DNA of 32,000 bases from contig NZ_CP147990.1 of NCBI RefSeq assembly GCF_037902255.1, forward strand, positions 2,460,001 through 2,492,000, read 5' to 3'. The number at the start of each line of letters is the position of its first letter. Positions within the stretch are counted from its first letter, which is position 1. Position numbers and translations under genes: made by a program. Source of the stretch: Candidatus Electrothrix sp. GW3-4 (GTDB lineage Bacteria; Desulfobacterota; Desulfobulbia; Desulfobulbales; Desulfobulbaceae). The notes below the pieces were generated by a model. It saw only the letters and a list, made by a program, of their open reading frames with translations. It was not told the DNA's origin and ran no database searches. This document shows positions 24,599 through 32,000 of the stretch, piece after piece.

Positions 24599-26709
24599 AT
24601 GAAACGCATCAATCAACTCGTTGCCAACGTCCTGCTCTACTGCCTGTTCCCCTTGCTCGGAGCTGGATCTGCTCAAGCAGCCGGTCTGCTCACCCCAAGC
24701 GACCATAGCCTGCCAGCCCTGGAAATCAAGGATCACCGCGTGCAAGTGGTTATTGAGGACGGCTACGCCATCACCACGGTGGAACAGGTCTTTCATAATC
24801 CGCATGCACAGGATCTTGAGGCGATGTATTCCTTTCCAGTACCGGAAAAGGCTGCGGTTGCAGAGTTCACCCTGTGGATCGACAATAAGCCGGTACACGG
24901 TGAAGTGCTGGAAAAGGACAAGGCCAGAACGATCTATGAAGAACAGAAGGCTGCCGGAGAGGACGCCGGGCTGACCGAAAAAGACAGTTACAAGACCTTT
25001 GACATCATGGTGTCGCCGGTGCGGGCGGGACAGGACACCCGAATCCGGATCGGCTATATCCAGCCGGTCAAGGTGGACAGTTCTATGGGACGTTATGTCT
25101 ATCCCTTGGAGGAAGGCGGGGTGGATGACGCCAAGCTCTCCTTCTGGACAGCCAATGAAAAGGTTACCCATACCTTCCGTTTTGATCTGATCCTGCGGCC
25201 CGGCTATCCGGTGGACGGGATACGCCTGCCCAACCACCCTACAGCCACCATTGAACACAAGGGAGACAGCTACCATGTCCATCTCGGCAACAGCAGCGGT
25301 CCCCCTCTCCAGAGGCGATCGTTGATACGGAAAACAGGAAAGGAAACACGGCAGCGCGCCCGGAAACTGGACAGAAGATTGCCCAGACAACAAGCCTGCA
25401 ACAACCGGGTGCAGCCTTTACTCTGGACAGGGATATTGTGGTCTACTATCGCCACGCGGAAAACCTGCCCGGTGCAGTCGACCTGGTCACCTATAAGCCG
25501 GAACAGGGAAAGACAGGTACCTTTATGCTCACGCTCACTCCGGCCATGGATCTCAAACCCATCACCGAGGGCCGGGACTGGCTTTTTATCCTGGATATTT
25601 CGGGATCCATGAGTGGCAAGTATCACACCCTGGCAGAAGGCGTCAGCCGGGCTTTGCAAAAGATGGCCCCTGATGAGCGATTCCGAATAATCCTGTTCAA
25701 TGATTCCGCTGCTGAACTGACCCAAGGCTATACCCCGGCCACCCCGGAGAACGTGCAGCAATATATCGACAAGGTCGGGAAGATCGGGCCTCATGGGAGT
25801 ACCAATGTCTACGACGGCCTGTACAAGGGCTTGAAGGGTCTGGACAGCGACCGAACCAGCGCGGTCCTCCTGGTGACCGATGGGGTGGCCAATGTGGGGG
25901 TTACCAAACAAAAGGACTTTATCAAACTGATCCGCAGCTATGATGTACGCCTCTTCACCTTTATCATGGGCAACAGTGCCAACCTCCCCCTGCTCACCGC
26001 CATCACCGATGCCTCCAACGGTTTTGCCATGACGGTTTCCAACAGCGACGACATTGTCGGCTCCATCCTGCTGGCCCAATCCAAGGTCACCCATGAGGCC
26101 CTGCACGGGGCAAAACTTACAATCAAAGGCATCAAGACCTTTGACCTGCTGCCGGAGAAAATCGGCAGCCTCTATCGCGGGCAGCAGCTGATCATGTTCG
26201 GTCATTACAGCAGGGGCGGCCAAGCGAAAGTCACCCTGAGCGGCAAGATCTCTGGTGAAGAAAAGATTTACCAGAGCGAGTTTATCTTCCCGGAGACCTC
26301 CTCAGCAAACCCTGAACTGGAACGACTCTGGGCCTATGCCAGCATTGAGCAGCTCAGCCGGGAGATGGAAGATTTCGGCGAAGATGCCGATATGAAACAG
26401 GCGATAACCGATCTGGGCGTTCAGTACGGCCTGGTCACCGATTACACCTCTATGATTGTGGTACGGGACGGGGTGTTCAAGAAACTCGGTATCGAACGGA
26501 GAAACACCAAGCGGTTACAACGGGAATTCGCTGCCCAGAAGGAACGGGCTGCCAAACCACTTGTACAACGTCGGGCTGATACGGCACGCCCCATGTTTAA
26601 GAGCAAGCGGCCCACCACGCGCCGTTCTGGTGGTGGAAGCTTTGACCTGATCTCTTTGCTTGTGCTCTTACCCTTGGTCTGGATCGGGCGCAGAAAAAAA
26701 CAGGCCTAA
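24599..26709 (+). pseudogene. VIT-domain plus von Willebrand factor A-domain protein with a C-terminal GlyGly-CTERM sorting signal. The reading frame is interrupted by a 1-nt frameshift near 25301-25305
   Basis: ORF 24599-25612 encodes a signal peptide (LLYCLFPLLGAGSAQA) and a VIT-like N-domain up to ...HVHLGNSSG, then turns into Arg-rich nonsense. A different frame is open from 25255 and reads SPSPEAIVDTENRKGN...FTLDRDIVVYYR into ORF 25438-26709, which carries the vWA MIDAS motif DISGSMSG and VLLVTDGVANVG. The C-terminus RRSGGGSFDLISLLVLLPLVWIGRRKKQA is Gly-Gly plus a TM helix plus a basic tail. Confidence 0.8.
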
Positions 26710-26857
26710 ACAAGACAAGGATTGGGGCGATGGGCTGGTTGCCCCAATCCGTCATTCATGCCGACATCGCATAGGGGGGGGAGGTCTTTGTGTCTCCCCT
26801 GTTCTACCACCCCTTGGACAAACACAGGGGCTTGGCCCCTACAGCAGGGAGAAGAAA

Positions 26858-27487
26858 ATGACTCTGTTCAGGAACAACGATAAGCACGCAAATCACCGAC
26901 AAACACCTTGGTTCACCGCTACCCTCTGCCTTATCACCTTGCTCTTCTTCTCAATCTACGGCAAGGCACCGGCAGCCCTGATTTATGATCGCACCGCCAT
27001 TGCCCATGGAGAGGTCTGGCGCCTGCTCACGGGTCATTACACCCATTGCGATCTGCCCCATCTACTCTGGAACCTGCTCCCGCTGGCGCTTATCGGGGGC
27101 CTGCTGGAACAACGAATCGGCTGGCAGCGCTTTGCCAGAGCAACCATTGTCAGCTGCCTGGGGGTCAGCAGCTGGTTATGGTTTGCCCGGACCGACATGC
27201 TCCTCTACTGCGGCCTGTCCGGGATGCTCAACGGCCTACTGATCGTGCTGCTGGTCAGGCTTTGGCAGGAGACCAGGAACAGGGCACTCCCGCTCATCGG
27301 GATGGTCGTCATTGCAAAGGTCCTCCTTGAAACGGCAAGGCAGGAGGCGATCTTCACCCATCTGAGTTGGGCTGGCCTGCCTGAAGCGCACGGGGCCGGG
27401 CTGATCGCCGGAATTTTTTTCCTTATGCTCACACATGGGGAGAAAAAAAGAGCGTTCCCCCACAGCTGGGGGGCAGCGGGAGAATGA
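26858..27487 (+). CDS. rrtA: Rhombosortase (rhomboid-family intramembrane serine protease dedicated to GlyGly-CTERM proteins)
   Basis: Start moved to the ATG at 26858, which follows GGGAGAAG. The roughly 209-aa polytopic protein carries GEVWRLLTGHYTHCDLPHLLWNL, the catalytic-Ser context CGLSGMLNGL and the catalytic-His context EAHGAGLIAGIFF. Its size and its position next to a GlyGly-CTERM protein fit rhombosortase. Confidence 0.75.
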   Translation: MTLFRNNDKHANHRQTPWFTATLCLITLLFFSIYGKAPAALIYDRTAIAHGEVWRLLTGHYTHCDLPHLLWNLLPLALIGGLLEQRIGWQRFARATIVSCLGVSSWLWFARTDMLLYCGLSGMLNGLLIVLLVRLWQETRNRALPLIGMVVIAKVLLETARQEAIFTHLSWAGLPEAHGAGLIAGIFFLMLTHGEKKRAFPHSWGAAGE

Positions 27488-27492
27488 AGGGA

Positions 27493-28494
27493 TCATGCTC
27501 CCGCCTGGATATCGCTGATTACATTTACAACAAGCCGAATAAGCAGATCTTTTTGTTCCGGGGCGCTGGAGGCAATGAGCAGGGTCAGGGCCACCAGGGC
27601 CTTATCATCTGGGATTACCCGGTGCTGGTTGCTCTGTAAAAACAGGAGAAAAAGAAAGGAGCCGATGCGTTTATTGCCATCAATAAAGGGGTGATCCTTG
27701 ATGACAAAATAGAGCAGATGAGCGGCTTTTTCTTCAATGCTGGGATAGAGATCCTGGCCAGCAAAGCTCTGTCCCACAGCACCGAGGATTCCGGCCAGGC
27801 CCTGTCCACGTTCCTGACCAAAGATATACGTGGCCTCCCCACGTACCATCAGTTCCTGACGCAAGGAGGGCACGGCTTCCCGTACCTCCTCCAATCCTGG
27901 CACCTTCTTGCTTGTCCTCTTACTTGTCCCCTCTGACCTATCGGGCAGAGGTAAGGCATCTTCATCATACTGCCAGAGCAGTTGCCAGGTGCGGGCATAG
28001 TTTCGCACCAAAGAAAGGATGGTCCTGCCGTCATCACTGACTAACGCGTGATTCTCCAGGGTCTCACTCAACAAATCCAGTACCTGCCTGACCTCGGCCC
28101 CCCCTTTTTCCACCAGCCGCTGCTGATGCAGGGTGTATCCCTGGACCAGATGCTGTTTGAGCACGCTGGTCGCCCAGATCCGAAACTGGGTACCGCGCTT
28201 GGAATTAACCCGGTAGCCAACAGAAAGAATAGCGTCAAGGTTATAATAATCAACCTGATAGGTTTTGCCATCTGCGGCAGTTGTTGCATTTTTTGCAACA
28301 ACTGCTGAACGCTCCAGTTCCTCGGACTGAAAAATATTGCGAAGATGCCGAGATATTACCGATTTATCCCTTCCAAAAAGCTCAGCGACCTGGTTCAAGG
28401 TCAGCCAGACGGTTTCATCCCTCAGCTGCACGTCCACAGCAGCCTGACCATCACCGGTCTGATAGACAATAACTTCTCCCTGCTCAAAGGTCAT
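27493..28494 (-). CDS. RhuM-like N-terminal domain fused to a Fic/Doc-family domain (Doc-type motif HPFIDGNKR)
   Basis: 333-aa ORF. The N-terminal WLTLNQVAELFGRDKSVISRHLRNIF...YNLDAILSVGYRVNSKRGTQFRIWAT is RhuM-like. The C-terminal YFVIKDHPFIDGNKRIGSFLFLLFL is the Fic-fold active-site motif in its Doc (NKR) variant. Confidence 0.85.
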   Translation of the reverse strand: MTFEQGEVIVYQTGDGQAAVDVQLRDETVWLTLNQVAELFGRDKSVISRHLRNIFQSEELERSAVVAKNATTAADGKTYQVDYYNLDAILSVGYRVNSKRGTQFRIWATSVLKQHLVQGYTLHQQRLVEKGGAEVRQVLDLLSETLENHALVSDDGRTILSLVRNYARTWQLLWQYDEDALPLPDRSEGTSKRTSKKVPGLEEVREAVPSLRQELMVRGEATYIFGQERGQGLAGILGAVGQSFAGQDLYPSIEEKAAHLLYFVIKDHPFIDGNKRIGSFLFLLFLQSNQHRVIPDDKALVALTLLIASSAPEQKDLLIRLVVNVISDIQAGA

Positions 28495-29057
28495 ATTTTT
28501 GCTCTCTTGCTTTCCTGTGTATCAGTAATTCCCGGACGAAACAACGATAATATATTGAAATTACTAAATAAGACCAAGGGAAGCTTGCGAAAAGGATTCC
28601 TAAGCCATTGATTTGATAAGATTAGTTGCTTTTTAGCTTTTCTAGTGTAATCAATATGTTACAAAATACTTTCGTAAACTTTTCCAGACTACTTGTAATT
28701 ATTCAAGCAAATTATATTGTTTTGGTCCGGGAATCGCTGCCTGTGTATACAAGGGCGACCGCCGGTCGCCTCCCAGGGTCCAGAAGCCCGGTGAATCAAA
28801 GGGCAGAGGGGGGCAAAAACCAGCACTCCCGATTTTTCCTTATTATGTATTGAGGGACCACAGTTCTCTTATGCTGAAAACCTACCCCAATCCCCCTGTA
28901 ATGCAAGCAGAAACAGGCTATCCTCCTTACCGAAAAATGCAGCACCTGCCCTGAATCGAGCAATCGGGTAGTTTATCCAACCCCCTACAGGGTCAGGCGC
29001 ACCCAAGCAAACAAGAGCCCGCAAACAATACATGTTCATTTTTTTCGCCATCCCGTA

Positions 29058-29086
29058 TTGACAGAAGAAAAAGACGAGCTTATTTT
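29058..29086 (+). promoter_or_regulatory. Candidate sigma70-type promoter for the Hsp20 gene
   Basis: TTGACA (29058-29063), a 17-nt spacer, then TATTTT (29081-29086). This would give an A-rich leader of about 100 nt. Based on sequence pattern only. Confidence 0.35.
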
Positions 29087-29189
29087 TTCAAACAGAGGGA
29101 AGAAAAAAATAATAAAAACAAAACCAAAGAAAGACAACGAAACAGCTGTAAAAAAACTGTAAACCGCAATTCAACAAAAGGGGGAAGTT

Positions 29190-29621
29190 ATGAGTTTATC
29201 AATATGGGATCCCTTTCGGGAAATGGAAGCGTTATTGGACAGGTACAGCAAATCACCAGGAAAACTATCAGGAGGAAACGGAAAACCTGAGGGCGGAGGC
29301 TGGATGCCAGTGGTCGATATTGAGGAAACAGATGGCGCCTTTATCGTCCATGCCGAATTACCAGGCGTTGCAAAAGATGATGTCCAGGTCAATATCGAGA
29401 ACGGCGTCCTGACCATCAAGGGGGAGAAAAAAACCAGATCCGAGGATACTAAACGCCATCGGGTTGAATGTGTTTACGGCTCCTTTCTGCGCAGCTTCAC
29501 CCTGCCCCAGGATGTGGATGTGGAACAGGTAGAGGCAGCCTATAAAAACGGCATCCTCGACCTGACCATTCCCAAACAGGAACAGGCCAAGCCGAAGCAG
29601 ATTGAGGTCAAGGTCCAGTAA
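29190..29621 (+). CDS. Hsp20/alpha-crystallin family small heat-shock protein
   Basis: 143-aa ORF with SD GGGGGAAG. PVVDIEETDGAFIVHAELPGVAKDDVQVNIENGVLTIKGEKK...GSFLRSFTLP...AAYKNGILDLTIPK is the alpha-crystallin domain. Confidence 0.9.
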   Translation: MSLSIWDPFREMEALLDRYSKSPGKLSGGNGKPEGGGWMPVVDIEETDGAFIVHAELPGVAKDDVQVNIENGVLTIKGEKKTRSEDTKRHRVECVYGSFLRSFTLPQDVDVEQVEAAYKNGILDLTIPKQEQAKPKQIEVKVQ

Positions 29622-29652
29622 CCGCATCGACTGTCGTCCTGAGACGGTCAGC

Positions 29653-29702
29653 AGCCCTGAAAAAGCATGTGCTTTTTCAGGGCTTTTTTCTTTTTTTTTT
29701 TT
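29653..29702 (+). terminator. Rho-independent terminator after the Hsp20 gene
   Basis: A 15-bp perfect inverted repeat AGCCCTGAAAAAGCA / TGCTTTTTCAGGGCT (29653-29684) followed by T6-C-T12. Confidence 0.85.
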
Positions 29703-29743
29703 GGGGGGGGATTTTTCAAAAAATCTTCCGAAGAGAAGCAGGG

Positions 29744-30820
29744 CTACTGTGCCAGTTCCAGAGAGGTCTTGATATAATTATAGTCTGAAATCACCGTCCA
29801 CTGCCGGGCCTTTTGCATAAAGGCCCGTTGCGAGGCCAGGATCTCCTTAAACAGGGCATCTTCCGCAGCATAGCCCTCCAACACCTCGTCGGTGGCCTTT
29901 TTCATGGCCTTGAGCACGGGCCGGGGAAAGGTCTTAACCCGGATATCAGGATACTCGGTCTTCATCTTGCCCCAGGCCTCTGCACTTTCCGCATAATTCT
30001 CATAATACATATCAGCAGCAGCAGCCTTTATGGCTGTCTGGAGCATGGCCTGGTACTCGGGCGGAAGTTTTTTATAGGCCCGTTTATTAATGAGAAACTG
30101 CATCTCCGAGGCAGGCTCATGCCAACCGGTGTAATAATACGGGGCCACCTTGTGAAAGCCCATCCTGATATCCATGCCCGGTCCTACCCACTCCAGGGCA
30201 TCAATGGTGCCGCGATCCAGGGAGGTGTACAACTCACCCGCCGGAATATTGGTCACGTTCACGCCTAGCTTGGCAAAGACCTCACCAGCCAAGCCGGGAA
30301 TCCGCATCTTGAGGCCCTTGAGATCATCCAGAGAAATGATCTCCTTTTTAAACCAACCTCCCATCTGCACCCCGGTATTTCCACCAGGATAGCAAAACAC
30401 CTTAAAGCGGTCATAGACCTGCTGCATGTACTTCATACCGTCCCCGTAATAAAACCAGGCATATTGCTCAGCCGTAGTCATACCAAAAGGCACAGTGGTG
30501 AAAAAGATCGTGTTAATATCCTTGCCCTTCCAGTAATAGGAGCCGCTATGACCCATCTGGTACTGCCCGCCCTTGACCATATCCAGGACTGCCAGCGGGG
30601 CCTTATGCTTTTCCTTTCCTTCCACCCGAATAGTGAATTTCCCGCCGCTCATCTCCTCAACCATCCTGGCTACCTGCACAGGGGGCGAGGCCAGCGGGGT
30701 CAGGGTTGAAGGCCAGGTTTCAGCCAGTTTCCATTTCACTCTCTTGGCGGCCTGGGCCGGATGACCTGTCATGGTGATGAGTAGCGCTGCTATAAGGGTA
30801 AATTTTCCAAAAAATTTCAT
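29744..30820 (-). CDS. TRAP-transporter periplasmic solute-binding protein (DctP-type, large-SBP subgroup)
   Basis: 358-aa ORF with signal peptide MKFFGKFTLIAALLITMTGHPAQA. WKLAETWPS...MGHSGSYYWKGK...GGWFKKEI...LKMRIPGLAGEVFAKLG...GTIDALEWVGP is typical of TRAP SBPs. Confidence 0.8.
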   Translation of the reverse strand: MKFFGKFTLIAALLITMTGHPAQAAKRVKWKLAETWPSTLTPLASPPVQVARMVEEMSGGKFTIRVEGKEKHKAPLAVLDMVKGGQYQMGHSGSYYWKGKDINTIFFTTVPFGMTTAEQYAWFYYGDGMKYMQQVYDRFKVFCYPGGNTGVQMGGWFKKEIISLDDLKGLKMRIPGLAGEVFAKLGVNVTNIPAGELYTSLDRGTIDALEWVGPGMDIRMGFHKVAPYYYTGWHEPASEMQFLINKRAYKKLPPEYQAMLQTAIKAAAADMYYENYAESAEAWGKMKTEYPDIRVKTFPRPVLKAMKKATDEVLEGYAAEDALFKEILASQRAFMQKARQWTVISDYNYIKTSLELAQ

Positions 30821-30973
30821 ACAACCTCCTGGTAATTCTTCAGTACAATATCTCTTCTGTCTTTTTTGAAAGCAAATCCCCTTTTAATAAACAAATCATT
30901 CCACTGCCGCAATAAAAAAGGGGTGCCGAAAAACGGTACCCCTTGAGCAAAAGAATATGATCTGAACAAGAGC

Positions 30974-31999
30974 TCAGCCAAGCAACTCCTGCACAGTCGC
31001 AGCAATGGATGCACTATCCAGGCCCTGCTGTTTGTACAGATCTGCAGGGCTACCGGACCCACCGTACTGCTTCACCCCGAGACGACGCAGTTTGGGAGAC
31101 AGCCCCTTATCCATCAGAGTAACAGCAACAGAGGCACCCAGACCGGTGTCCGCATGGTGATCTTCCACCGTGACAATGGGGCCGAGAGCGGCAGCCTTGA
31201 TAACAGCCTGCTCATCCAGAGGAATCAGGGAGGCCATATTGAGCACTCCCACAGATTTGCCCGCATCTTTGAGGAGCTGCCAGGCCTCGATACAGGCCGG
31301 AGTCACTGCACCATAGGTGATAATGGTGGCATCCGTGCCTTGACGCAGCCAGTCGGCCTTGCCCGGTGTAAAGACATAATCCGCATCAAAGAAGACCGAT
31401 CCATCTTCCTTGGTGACGGTCGGCATCTTGGACCGTCCCATGCCGACAAAATGATTACCCGGCTGAGTAGCGATGTAGCGGATAATTCGGTCAGTCTGGT
31501 TAGGATCACAGGGGATAAAGGCGGAAAAACGGAAGTAGTTTTTCATCAGGCCCAGATAATCAATACACTGATGGGTGGGGCCATCCTCACCCACATCCAG
31601 ACCCACATGGGTAGCCACGACCTTAAGGTTCGTGTGATTGAAATCGTTCAGCCGATTCTGGTTATAGACCTCGGAAACGGCAAAGGAGCCAAAGGTGGAA
31701 AAGAAGGTTACCATATTTTCACAGCTCATGGCACCAGCAGTGGCGGCGGCATGATGCTCCTGGATCCCCAATTCCAGATAGCCCTCAGGAGAATGCTTGT
31801 GAAAGCCGCCCATCTTAACAGAACCTTCCAGGTCGCAGGACACCCCAGTTATTACCGGCGGCTGCCCCGGTTTATTATTGGCCTCAGCCAGACCCAACAG
31901 GGCATTACCATAACCGGAACGGCAGTCGGTCTTCTCATCAGCCGCATAGACAATGGGCTCACCCGGCTGAATCTCTGGATAATCAGCCCGAGGGGGCAT
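30974..31999 (-). CDS. Transketolase-family protein, pyrimidine-binding plus C-terminal domains. Either the C-terminal subunit of a split enzyme or the 3' part of a longer gene continuing beyond the window
   Basis: LELGIQEHHAAATAGAM...VATHVGLDVGEDGPTHQCIDYLGLM...IPCDPNQ matches the transketolase middle and C-terminal domains. The ATG at 31999 is 1 nt from the window edge, so the true start cannot be established. Confidence 0.75.
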   Translation of the reverse strand: MPPRADYPEIQPGEPIVYAADEKTDCRSGYGNALLGLAEANNKPGQPPVITGVSCDLEGSVKMGGFHKHSPEGYLELGIQEHHAAATAGAMSCENMVTFFSTFGSFAVSEVYNQNRLNDFNHTNLKVVATHVGLDVGEDGPTHQCIDYLGLMKNYFRFSAFIPCDPNQTDRIIRYIATQPGNHFVGMGRSKMPTVTKEDGSVFFDADYVFTPGKADWLRQGTDATIITYGAVTPACIEAWQLLKDAGKSVGVLNMASLIPLDEQAVIKAAALGPIVTVEDHHADTGLGASVAVTLMDKGLSPKLRRLGVKQYGGSGSPADLYKQQGLDSASIAATVQELLG

Positions 32000-32000
32000 A

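Noticed and set aside
24536-26223. Long minus-strand ORFs (285 aa at 24536-25393; 317 aa at 25270-26223)
   Set aside because: They are antisense shadows of the VIT-vWA coding region, with no recognisable motifs and a composition typical of reverse-frame ORFs.
24599-26709. Treating ORFs 24599-25612 and 25438-26709 as two independent overlapping genes
   Set aside because: The last roughly 100 codons of the first ORF are Arg-rich nonsense. The second frame is open and protein-like from just after the C5 run. VIT and vWA domains normally occur in one polypeptide, so a frameshift is the simpler reading.
26710-26857. Hairpins between the VIT-vWA stop and the rhombosortase start (ATTGGGGC...GCCCCAAT; CCCCTGT...ACAGGGG)
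   Set aside because: They lack a T-tract, so they are not a convincing terminator. They may attenuate read-through, but there is too little evidence to call a feature.
29684-29710. Homopolymer junction T6-C-T12 followed by G8
   Set aside because: Striking, but it is the U-tract of the hsp20 terminator, lying between convergent gene ends (29621 and 29744). It has no coding or promoter consequence that I can support. It is possibly error-prone in sequencing.

Overview
This is a chromosomal window of mid GC content. Its gene content (DVU0298-family protein, several DUF4388/PATAN signalling proteins, nap operon plus HAO-type octaheme cytochrome) suggests a Desulfobulbales-like deltaproteobacterium, but that is only an inference. 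I found no rRNA, tRNA, CRISPR array or transposase. Left to right: (1) A chemotaxis-like signalling patch with the 5' end of a Cache-type sensor (probable MCP) and an unusual 601-aa REC-PATAN-REC-CheB-like protein whose esterase triad is degenerate. (2) A carbon-nitrogen hydrolase fused to a heptose-1-P adenylyltransferase-like domain, start/stop-overlapped with a DVU0298-family protein, followed by ferritin and fabB. (3) Two tandem paralogs with a Cys4 N-domain, a cNMP-binding domain and a PATAN domain. (4) Housekeeping genes: FmdB zinc ribbon, MucR/Ros, murI, lolA-like, S1-domain protein, VanZ-like. (5) A complete napFDAGHB operon without napC, a divergent Cys-less Crp/Fnr regulator with TTGAT-N4-ATCAA boxes, and an HAO-family octaheme cytochrome that is a likely nitrite reductase. 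Together these look like a nitrate-to-ammonium module. (6) An accessory-looking cassette, which I consider the most interesting part. It holds a TetR regulator, three copies of a 13-bp palindromic operator, a frameshifted VIT-vWA protein ending in a GlyGly-CTERM sorting signal, and an adjacent rhombosortase. An intact RhuM-Doc/Fic gene lies on one side and a decayed relic of the same gene family on the other. (7) Hsp20, an orphan TRAP solute-binding protein and a transketolase C-terminal portion. All domain calls come from reading the translations by eye; no database search was run.
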